DNA of 33,672 bases, taken from NCBI GenBank assembly GCA_038231275.1, contig JBBRLQ010000050.1:1-33672 (forward strand), written 5' to 3'. The stretch is from Polyangiales bacterium. GTDB taxonomy: Bacteria > Myxococcota_A > Polyangia > Polyangiales > Polyangiaceae. Of the stretch, positions 9,920-17,500 are shown one piece after another. Each line of letters opens with the position of its first letter. Position 1 is the first letter of the stretch. The notes beneath the pieces are model-generated. The model was not told where the DNA came from. It saw nothing but the letters and a program-made list of their open reading frames with translations, and made no database searches. Position numbers and translations under genes: made by a program.

Positions 9920-9986
9920 GGTGCGTGTCGCATCCGCGTTCGAATGCGCCAACTTCCATTCCGTTGCGCTTCTACAAACCCCTCGA
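9920..9986 (+). repeat. Duplicate of the promoter/5' end of the Npt-like gene (second copy at 12450-12515)
   Basis: 34-bp identical core CTTCCATTCCGTTGCGCTTCTACAAACCCCTCGA at 9953-9986 and 12482-12515, plus a similar upstream 30 bp. Confidence 0.9.
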
Positions 9987-10033
9987 GACACTCCGACCCC
10001 GACTCCGACTCCGAAGCCGACTCCGAAGCCCTG

Positions 10034-10457
10034 ATGGCGCTCGTTCCCCCGCTCGACGCGACGCCGGAGGAGGCTAAGGCCGCCCTCGCGCCCGTGCGTC
10101 ACTCGTTCTCCGTCGCGGTGCATGCGTGCGGGAACGCGTTCGCGGTGGGGGCGATCGTGCGGGTCGCGCACAACTTCCTCGCGAGGGAGATCATCATCGT
10201 CGGCGACGAGCCGCACTACGCGAAGGCGTCGATGGGGATGGAGAAATACGAGACGACCGTCAAGGTCCCCGACGACGACGCCTTCTTCGCGCGCGCCAGG
10301 AAGGCCGGTGTGGGCGCTCGAGAAGGAGCACGCACAGAGGAGTCTGTATGCCGTTCCGAGATTTCCAAAGGACGTGATTTCGCTGCCCGTCGCAGTCGCA
10401 GCAGGAATCGTGATGAGCGAATGGGCCCGCGCGAAATACGCGGAACAGAGCGTTTGA
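10034..10457 (+). pseudogene. Degenerate duplicate of the TrmH/SpoU methyltransferase (preceded by a copy of the traB 3' end, 9993-10034)
   Basis: Colinear with the sequence from 8371 onward at offset 1622. Has a 2-bp deletion near 10297 (frameshift) and a 93-bp deletion near 10379 (equals 8760-8852) that removes the GSERHG SAM-binding motif. Confidence 0.9.
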
Positions 10458-10467
10458 CGCATGGCAA

Positions 10468-10557
10468 TCCGAGGTCGCGAGAGCGACCGAGGAACCCCTC
10501 TATCCCTCGCGTATACGGGGTTCAGATCCCTGCGTACGACCGCGCGTTTCGATGCGA
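10468..10557 (+). repeat. Structured intergenic repeat R, copy 2 (divergent)
   Basis: TCCGAGGTCGCGAGAGCGA..GAGGAACCCCT shared with copy 1; perfect GGTCGC-GAGA-GCGACC hairpin; CGCGT-TTCG-ATGCG stem. Confidence 0.7.
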
Positions 10558-10617
10558 GCAGAAGGGCGTGCCCCGGCCCGCGACTGCAGACGCGACGAAG
10601 CGCGCTACCCTGCGCCG

Positions 10618-11385
10618 GTGACGCAACGTCTTCTGCTCTTCTTCTTGTTGCTCGCGTCGTGCGTGCAGAGCCGGACCGCCGGCGTCCCGACGGAGCAACG
10701 CAGCTCCACAGCCGCCGATGCGACGCTCGACGCATCCTCGGTCCGCTCACGCGAGCTGTCGGCGCCGACAGCGTCCACGACGTCATCCGCGTCCGGAGTG
10801 GCCGTCGCGGAGGCTCCCCCTCTGGTCTCGAAGAGGACCCTCCGCTACCGCGAGCTCTTTACCGGAGCGCTTCCGCATCTCGCAAGGCTGCAAACGTGGA
10901 CGCTCGTTCTCGGTGTGGACGGTCGGATGAGGCTCGAGCACGACGTGGGGGAGGCGTCACAGAACAGCCTTCGGGTCGGATTCGCGAAGCCGCTTGGGCC
11001 AGTGACGCGGCTTGCGCACGAGACTCATACTGGGAGGTGGAGCAGCGACGGGGACGGGAGCGTCGACCTTCGCTTCGACGGAGACGCGGGAGCCCCGCTG
11101 CATTGCGTGGCGGGCCGGGTGTCCACTCTCGCTGGCGGTGCGCTTCTCGTCGTTCCGCCGCACATCCACGCACCGTGGAAGCCTGCGAGGCGCCAGCCGG
11201 TCGACGTCTTCAAGTGCGACCGCGCCTGGCTCGCGGCGCCGGCGAGCTGGCAAGACGAGCCGCAGCCGACGGATCTTCCGTTCGCCGATCTCCCGGGGAT
11301 CGAGTACGCACACGACAACGACGACATGGTCATTCAGCAGGGCGGGCTGCGCCGGATCGAAGCTGAAACGCCGGACGCCCGCTGA
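10618..11385 (+). CDS. Hypothetical lipoprotein B
   Basis: GTG at 10618; MTQRLLLFFLLLAS|C lipobox; Ser/Thr/Ala linker and a globular C-domain with two Cys; flanked by R copies 2 and 3. Confidence 0.7.
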   Translation: MTQRLLLFFLLLASCVQSRTAGVPTEQRSSTAADATLDASSVRSRELSAPTASTTSSASGVAVAEAPPLVSKRTLRYRELFTGALPHLARLQTWTLVLGVDGRMRLEHDVGEASQNSLRVGFAKPLGPVTRLAHETHTGRWSSDGDGSVDLRFDGDAGAPLHCVAGRVSTLAGGALLVVPPHIHAPWKPARRQPVDVFKCDRAWLAAPASWQDEPQPTDLPFADLPGIEYAHDNDDMVIQQGGLRRIEAETPDAR

Positions 11386-11389
11386 GAAA

Positions 11390-11452
11390 TGCATCCCTCA
11401 CGTATGCGGGCTTCAGCCCCCCGCATAGCTCGCGTAGACGCGAAGATGTGCA
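11390..11452 (+). repeat. Structured intergenic repeat R, copy 3
   Basis: TGCATCCCTCACGTATGCGGGCTTCAGCCCCCCGCATAGCTCGCGTAGACGCGAAGATGTGCA aligns with 8990-9052 (offset 2400). Confidence 0.85.
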
Positions 11453-11458
11453 CGGTCA

Positions 11459-11581
11459 TCGATGCTGCCGTGCGGGCCGGAGCAGTGGGCCAGCGCGGAA
11501 GCGGCGACGGTCGCGGCATAGCTGGCCGCGGGCTCGGTCACCGGACCGCTGGGCGCCGGCGGCACTGGCGCGTCGTTGGCC
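11459..11581 (-). pseudogene. 123-bp internal remnant of lipoprotein A
   Basis: Near-identical to 9462-9584 (TCGATGCTGCCGTGCGGG…GCGCGTCGTTGGCC); no start or stop of its own. Confidence 0.85.
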
Positions 11582-11613
11582 AATCGCCCACGAGGACGTC
11601 GCCCGAACGGGCC

Positions 11614-12273
11614 TCAGTTGTTGTGCGAGTCGGCGCAGAGCATGACGATCCTGCCGGCTTCACGCTTCAGGCTACAGCCCATGTGATGCGTGGGCGTCCC
11701 GGGCTTGGTGAACGCGACGTACGACCCACGGTTCAGGAGTTCCTCGCGCAAGGGCGAGCCCTTGAGGCAGCCGCGCCATACCTCCAGAAGCGCGGAGAAA
11801 CGCCGCGCGGCGACGTCGTCGGGCAGGCGTACGACGTCGCAATAATAGGAGAAGGAGGAGTTGTTACCGTCCCTGCTTTGCACGGAGCACTCCGTGAACC
11901 CCGAGACGCGTACCCCTCCGGGACTGGGCGCGCCCTCTCGCGCGGCGCCCGCATCATCGGCCACCAGCGCGACGTCACCGCGCCACCACCCGTCCACGAG
12001 GCCAAGCTTGCCGACGATCGCCCGGAGCGACGCGCAGTGCGCTTCGGCGTCGAGCGCAGGCAACACCGCGGAGCCTTCGGCATCGACCGATGTCCCCGCG
12101 TCGCGCACGATCGTCACCGTGCTCGCTTCGGCCGCGGAGGCCCCGGCGTCGGAAGAGAGCGCGTCGCGTCGCCGGCACCCGACGCCGGCGAGAACAAGCG
12201 CAACTCCGACAGCGACAATGCCGTTCCGAGCGGCCCTTGGGCCCATCGCGAACGCCGCTCCACACGCGTTCAT
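11614..12273 (-). CDS. Hypothetical Cys-containing lipoprotein C (start 12273 or 12246)
   Basis: …RNGIVAVGVALVLAGVG|CRRRD lipobox; DAG linker; six further Cys in the mature domain; no family recognised. Confidence 0.65.
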   Translation of the reverse strand: MNACGAAFAMGPRAARNGIVAVGVALVLAGVGCRRRDALSSDAGASAAEASTVTIVRDAGTSVDAEGSAVLPALDAEAHCASLRAIVGKLGLVDGWWRGDVALVADDAGAAREGAPSPGGVRVSGFTECSVQSRDGNNSSFSYYCDVVRLPDDVAARRFSALLEVWRGCLKGSPLREELLNRGSYVAFTKPGTPTHHMGCSLKREAGRIVMLCADSHNN

Positions 12274-12450
12274 GATCCGCGCGCGCTGCATACGGCTTTG
12301 CATACCACCACGGCGAAACAGTGCTTCCCCTTCCCCTTCCCCAGCCCCCCGGTCGTCACGACGGCAACTTGATGGCGTTGAGGCGCCCCCCGAGACGAAC
12401 GCTCAGCTCGCGCGCGCGCGGCGGTCCAGTCTCCAGCCGCCGAAGGCGAG

Positions 12451-14721
12451 GTGCGTTTCGCATGCCGTTCGAATGCGCTAGCTTCCATTCCGTTGCGCTT
12501 CTACAAACCCCTCGAAACCCCTGGCGCGAACTGGGCCGCAGCGACGTCGCTCGCGCTCATTGCGCAGGCGGTCGCGGCGAAGGCGGTGCGCGACGCGCTC
12601 TTCCTCTCCAACTTCCACGCGCACTCGCTTCCCTACGCGATGGCCGCGGGCGCAGCGCTCTCGCTGGGCGCAGTTCTGTGGCTCTCGCGGCTCATGGCGC
12701 GTCACTCGCCCGCGAAGATCCTGCCCATCCTCTTCGCGATCAGCGCGGTCGGTCTCCTCGTCGAGTGGTCGCTGGGCTTCGTCGTCCCGCGCGCGGCCGC
12801 GGTCCTCGTGTACCTCCATACCGCGCTCTTCGGGCCGACGCTCCTGACGACGTTCTGGTCGCTCATCAACGAGCGGTTCGACCCGCACACGGCCAAGCGC
12901 GCGGTCGCGCGGATCGCCGGCGGAGGAACCCTGGGCGGCGTCCTCGGCGGCCTCGCGGCATGGCGCGCGTCGAAGCTCCTCCCGCTGCCGACGCTGCTCC
13001 TCTTCCTCGCGGGGCTGAGCGCGGTGGGCGTGCTCGGCTCACTGCTGATTCGCGCGCGCCGCACCGCCGTCGAGCCCTCCGCCGCCGAAGGCCCGGTCTT
13101 TGCGGAGGGGGAGGCGGTGTCGCCGTTCACGGAGCTCCGAACGGCGCCGTACCTCCGCAACCTCGCGTTGCTCGTCGCCGTCGGATCGACCACCTCGACT
13201 CTGCTCGACTACATGTTCAGCGCACAGGCGGAGCTCGTGGTCGCGCGCGGCGCGCCGCTTCTCTACTTCTTCTCGCTCTTCTGGCTGAGCGTCAGCGTCG
13301 TCTCGTTCCTCCTGCAGATCACGCTGGGGAGGATCGCCCTCGAGCGGTTGGGCCTCGCCGTGAACATCGCGTTCTTGCCGGGAGTCATCCTCCTCGGCGG
13401 CGCGCTCGGACTCGCGGTGCCCGGCCTGGGCAGCGCCGCGCTCCTCCGCGGCGGAGAGGCCGTGCAGCGCAATACCCTTTTTCGATCGGCCTACGAGCTC
13501 CTGTACACGCCGCTATCCGAGGCGAAGAAGCGCGCGACGAAGGCCCTCGTGGACGTCGGCTGCGATCGCCTTGGCACCGTCATTGGGAGTGGCCTGGCGT
13601 TCGCGACGCTGCACCTCGTGGGAAAGCGCACGCCGACGGTCCTGCTCGGCGTTGTCCTTGTGCTCGCGCTCATCACACTGCCGCTCGTGCGCCAGCTGCA
13701 CGCGGGTTACGTGCTCGCGCTGGAAAAGAGCCTGAGCGAAGGTGCGAAGAAGCTCGAGTCGGCGGGCGGGGCAGAGGAGCACGCACGTCCGACGATCGAG
13801 ATTCGCGCGAGGGAGGCCCTCATCGAGCACGTAGAGGAGATCGCGCCGGGCGGTCTGACCGGGCTCTTCGAGGGGGGCACCTCGCCAGATGCCGATACGC
13901 TCGGGGGGCCAGCAGAGCGCGCGCTCGATGGGCGGTCGCGCGTGCTCGCCCGGACCTCCGAGCTGTTCTCAGACGATCCGGCGCGAGTCACCCGCGCGCT
14001 TCGCGACCTCTCGCCCCGCGGACCGTCGACCGCGTGCGCCATCTTCCTCCTCGCGCACGACACGTTGCACGTTCCGGCGGTCGAAGCGCTCCGCGCCATC
14101 GGTCCGGCGATCGTAGGACAGCTCGTCGACGCGCTCCTAGACGAGAAGATGGACTACGTCGTTCGGCGTCGAGTCCCCCTGATCCTCGCGGTGTGTGCGT
14201 CGCAGCGGGCGGCCGACGGCTTGCTCCTGGGCGTCGCCGACTCACGCTTCGAGGTGCGCTACCAGTGCGGGCGCGCGCTCCTTCGCATCACCGCCGCCAA
14301 TAGCGGCATCGTCATCCCGCGCGACACCATCGTCGAGACGGTCAAGCGCGAGATCGAGGTGGGGAGGGTGGCGCTGGAGACGCTCACGAACGAGGACTTC
14401 GACGACGACCTCCACGGGGACGAGAAAAGCTCGCTCATGGAGCTCTTGGCGCGCGACCGCGTCGATCGCAGCCTCGAGCACGTGTTCACCATCCTCTCCC
14501 TGCACCTCGAACGCGAGCCCCTGCGAGTGGCGTTCCGCGCGCTGCACCACGCAGACGAGCGCCATCGCGGCACCGCGCTCGAGTACCTCGACACCATCTT
14601 GCCGACGGAAGTGCGCGACACGGTCTGGCCGTACCTCGGCGCCGCCGCTCCCTTACCGACGGCGCGGGCGGCGAAGGAGATCCTCGCCGACCTGGCAGCG
14701 CTTGGGAGCGCTCCTTCGTGA
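12451..14721 (+). CDS. Npt1/TLC (ATP/ADP translocase)-like MFS transporter fused to HEAT/ARM repeats
   Basis: AKAVRDALFLS, FWSLINERFDPHTAKR, FRSAYELLYTPL…KKRATKALVDVGCDRLG; many TM helices followed by helical repeats (VRRRVP, FEVRYQCGRAL, RGTALEYLD). The true start may be TTG at 12493. Confidence 0.8.
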   Translation: MRFACRSNALASIPLRFYKPLETPGANWAAATSLALIAQAVAAKAVRDALFLSNFHAHSLPYAMAAGAALSLGAVLWLSRLMARHSPAKILPILFAISAVGLLVEWSLGFVVPRAAAVLVYLHTALFGPTLLTTFWSLINERFDPHTAKRAVARIAGGGTLGGVLGGLAAWRASKLLPLPTLLLFLAGLSAVGVLGSLLIRARRTAVEPSAAEGPVFAEGEAVSPFTELRTAPYLRNLALLVAVGSTTSTLLDYMFSAQAELVVARGAPLLYFFSLFWLSVSVVSFLLQITLGRIALERLGLAVNIAFLPGVILLGGALGLAVPGLGSAALLRGGEAVQRNTLFRSAYELLYTPLSEAKKRATKALVDVGCDRLGTVIGSGLAFATLHLVGKRTPTVLLGVVLVLALITLPLVRQLHAGYVLALEKSLSEGAKKLESAGGAEEHARPTIEIRAREALIEHVEEIAPGGLTGLFEGGTSPDADTLGGPAERALDGRSRVLARTSELFSDDPARVTRALRDLSPRGPSTACAIFLLAHDTLHVPAVEALRAIGPAIVGQLVDALLDEKMDYVVRRRVPLILAVCASQRAADGLLLGVADSRFEVRYQCGRALLRITAANSGIVIPRDTIVETVKREIEVGRVALETLTNEDFDDDLHGDEKSSLMELLARDRVDRSLEHVFTILSLHLEREPLRVAFRALHHADERHRGTALEYLDTILPTEVRDTVWPYLGAAAPLPTARAAKEILADLAALGSAPS

Positions 14722-14727
14722 AGTGCG

Positions 14728-14772
14728 GCTCGACCTCGACCTCGACCTCGGCGCGAGCGCGACCGCGACCGC
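14728..14772. repeat. Short hexamer tandem repeats (CGACCT)n / (CGACCG)n, intergenic
   Basis: CTCGACCTCGACCTCGACCTCGG…GCGACCGCGACCGC seen directly. Confidence 0.6.
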
Positions 14773-14822
14773 TTCTTCGCCACCTAGCCCCGGCGCTCAC
14801 GGGGGGTTAGACTCACCGCGTC

Positions 14823-15320
14823 ATGGTCGTCGCAGCTCAACCCCGACCTCGCGGCGAGCTGTGCGAGCTCCATGAGCCCGCCGGATCGTTCGCGCTCTAC
14901 ATGCCGCGCGAAGGCGTCGCCGTCAGTCGCGTGCGCGGGGTCTTCTCGACAGAGATGGCGCGCGCATGGGTCGATGCGCTCGACCCGTATTTTGCGTCGG
15001 GCGAGCGCTTCGACACCTTCCACGACTGGGAAGCGATGACCTCGTACGACACCGGCACGCGACAGCTCCTCACGAAGTGGGTGGTGCAGCGGCGCGGCCT
15101 CGTGCGGTCAGCACGGTTCCTCGCGGGGTCGAAGCTCGTCGCGCTCGGGATCGCCACCGCCGGCCTCGCGACGGCGATCTCTGGGGTCGAGCTGCGCGTT
15201 TGTGGGCGACGTGAGTTCGACGAGGCGCTCGCCACGGCCCTCGAGGCGCGGCCGTTCGGTCCCGGCCCGATCCCGCCGTCCTCGGCAGCCCGGTCGGGAC
15301 CGCATCCCGTCGTTCGTTGA
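14823..15320 (+). CDS. STAS/SEC14-like small alpha/beta protein (myxobacterial type)
   Basis: Pattern …VAVSRVRGVFS…FHDWEAMTSYDTGTRQLLTKW…FLAGSKLVALGI…REFDEALA resembles myxobacterial STAS/SEC14-like proteins. Confidence 0.6.
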   Translation: MVVAAQPRPRGELCELHEPAGSFALYMPREGVAVSRVRGVFSTEMARAWVDALDPYFASGERFDTFHDWEAMTSYDTGTRQLLTKWVVQRRGLVRSARFLAGSKLVALGIATAGLATAISGVELRVCGRREFDEALATALEARPFGPGPIPPSSAARSGPHPVVR

Positions 15321-15322
15321 CT

Positions 15323-15367
15323 CGCTCTTCTAGCTACTGGCTCCTCTAGTAGAGGTCGCTCCTCTAG
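15323..15367. repeat. Three GCTC(C/T)TCTAG units between convergent genes
   Basis: Units at 15324, 15340 and 15358; includes the CCTCTA-G-TAGAGG inverted repeat. The same motif occurs at 6503-6511 and 32717-32729. Confidence 0.65.
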
Positions 15368-17414
15368 AGATCGACGCCGTACACGAACGACGGCTTGGGG
15401 AACCGCAGCTCGCGCTCGGTGATGACCGCCTGCGGGACGACCGTGCCGTCGACGTACTTCTTCGCGAGCTCGAGCGCGCCCGCGGTGTCGTTCTTCGCCT
15501 TGATGCCGCCGACGACCTTCATCAGCTTGTCGACCGCGGGCACCATCTTGTCGAAGTTGATCGTGAACGCGCCCTTGTCCGTGCCGTTCGCGGCGGAGGC
15601 GTTCGCGTCCCACGTGAGGGCGCCCTCGTCGAGGAAGAAGCCGATCTGCACGGCCGCGAGCTGGCTGTACGCCTTGCGCCCGCCGCCCTCGGTGTACATG
15701 CCGCGCGAGATGTGGCCGAACGCCCAGACGATCCCGTCGGTGTACGTCTGCTTCGCGAGCTCGCCGGTGATGATGCCCTTCTTGCGGAGCATCTCGACGT
15801 AGTAGAGCCCGCCGGTCTGCGCCTTGAGCTCCTCGAGCATCGACGCCATGCCGCCGCCGAACGCCTTCTCGGCGGTCTGGCCTTTGTAGCTGTACTCGTG
15901 CGCGGGGCCGAGGTTGTGCGTCGCCTCGTGGAGGATCGTGGTGAGGAGGCCCGCTTGCGGCGTGCTCGAGTAGAACCCGGCCGCGTCCTTCGACAGGAGC
16001 GACTCCACCTGCTGCTTGCGACGGGCGAGGCTGTCCGGATCGTTGTAGAGGTTGCTCATCGCGACGGTGCGCCCGCGACCCTCGGCGGCGACCTTGCCCC
16101 AGTTCGGGAGCGACTGGCCGATCGTGCCGCCGTGCGCGTGACGCGAATCGCCGGAGTGACGATGATGTCGATGAAGTCCGGCAGGTGGAACGTGACCTTG
16201 CGGGCGACGTACGGCGCGCCGATGTGCGCGGCGAGCGTCGTCTCCATCTCGGCCTGAACGGGGTTCAGCTTCTCTTGCCACGTGAGCGACTCGGGGTTGA
16301 TCTTCGCGAAGCCGAGGTGGAACCCCGCCTTGTGCGAGCACGGCTCCCAGTACACCTCGTCGGCGCCGACGCGGAGGAACCACTTGCTGTTCGTCGCGTT
16401 CATCTTCGACCACGCTTCGTCGGCGGGGAGCCAGTCGTTCGTCGTGAACGACTTGGACGCGGCCAGCAGATACGCCTTGAGCGGCGCCTCCTTCGTGTCC
16501 TTCACGTCATCGGCGGCGGCCTTGAGCTCCGCGCTGATCGCGGTCATCTGCGCCTTGTACGCTTCGGAGTACGGGCGCGTCGTGAGCTTCTTGTCCGCCG
16601 CGCCCGAGGCCACGACGACGGTGAACGGCTCGATGAGCTTCTTGCTCTGCGGATCCTTCTCGATGACCGCGCAGAACTTCGGATCTTTCTGCATCTCCGC
16701 CGGGTAGACGCTCACCGTCGGCGTGAGACCGCCCGCGATCGCGCTGCACGTCGGATCCTTCTCGGTCTTCGGCGCGACGCACTTGGTCGTCCAGTTGCGA
16801 CGGAAGACGGCGAGGCTCGCGGTATCGTCCTTCGGGAGCTGCGCCTCGAGCTGCTTGGCGCCGGTCTGCGTCGCGTAGAGATCGTCCACCATGCGCGCGG
16901 CGTTGATCATGTGGCGGACGAGCGCCTTGTCCTCGTCGCTGCCGCTCCGGAGATCGCTGTACACCATGGTCGTCGCGCCCTGCGCGAGCTCGTCGCGGAC
17001 ACGCTTCTGGCGCGCGTCGGTCGGCGCGGCGGCGGCCTGCGCGGTCTTGATCTGCGTGAACGCCTTGTCGAACGCGTCGTTCAGCTTCCCGCCCTCGGTC
17101 CAGCTGCCGTCGGTCGGATAGAAGAGGAGGGACCGGACCTCGTCGGCGTCGATCGCGCCATTCCCATTCGTGTCGGCGATCCAATAGACCGGCAGGTTCA
17201 AGCGGAACGCGGTCTCGTTGAAGGCCGCGCGGTCCATCGCGTACTTCTGCGCGGACGACGCAGGTGTGGTCGCCGTGGCAGGGGTCGGGAGCTTCTCGGC
17301 GGTCGTCACCGGCGACGCGGCCGGAGGGGCCTCCGCACCACCGCACGCCGCGGCTGCCGCGCCGAGGAGCGCGAGGGGGAGGAGCGACAGGACCTGGAGG
17401 CGAGAGGTGTTCAT
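15364..17414 (-). CDS. Dipeptidyl-peptidase III (M49)-like Zn metallopeptidase lipoprotein, split by a 1-nt frameshift at ~16157
   Basis: ATG at 17414; LLGAAAAA|C lipobox; EF-hand-like DTNGNGAIDADE. The C-half has GQSLPN, LHEATHNLGP and LEELKA. Adding one A restores DIIV-N-SGDSRH and joins ORFs 16056..17435 and 15364..16413. Confidence 0.8.
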
Positions 17415-17462
17415 CGGCCGGGTGGCATAGTGCAACCCACGCGAAACTCAAGCTACCGAGCG

Positions 17463-17490
17463 CATTTCGCCACATCTTTCGGGCGAAATG
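17463..17490. terminator. Inverted repeat just downstream of the kinase gene (terminator or operator)
   Basis: CATTTCGCC (17463-17471) pairs with GGCGAAATG (17482-17490); GGCGAAAT also repeats in tandem; no U-tract. Confidence 0.4.
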
Positions 17491-17500
17491 GCGAAATCGT

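Noticed and set aside
8412..10457. trmH / trmH-copy pair as a diversity-generating retroelement TR/VR
   Set aside because: Mismatches are not adenine-specific, they include deletions, and there is no reverse transcriptase in the window.
11399..11430. Resemblance of CGTATGCGGG…CCCGCA to group II intron domain V, or of R to a hammerhead ribozyme
   Set aside because: Lacks the GAGC/AGC triad context and closing GGTTC of domain V; no CUGAUGA/GAAA hammerhead core.
8957..11452. Repeat R as classical integron attC sites
   Set aside because: No RYYYAAC…GTTRRRY ends, cargo genes lie in both orientations, and no intI is present. Kept only as an analogy.
16140..16170. Programmed ribosomal frameshift in the DPP III-like gene
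   Set aside because: No slippery heptamer or homopolymer run at the site; a single-base loss explains it.
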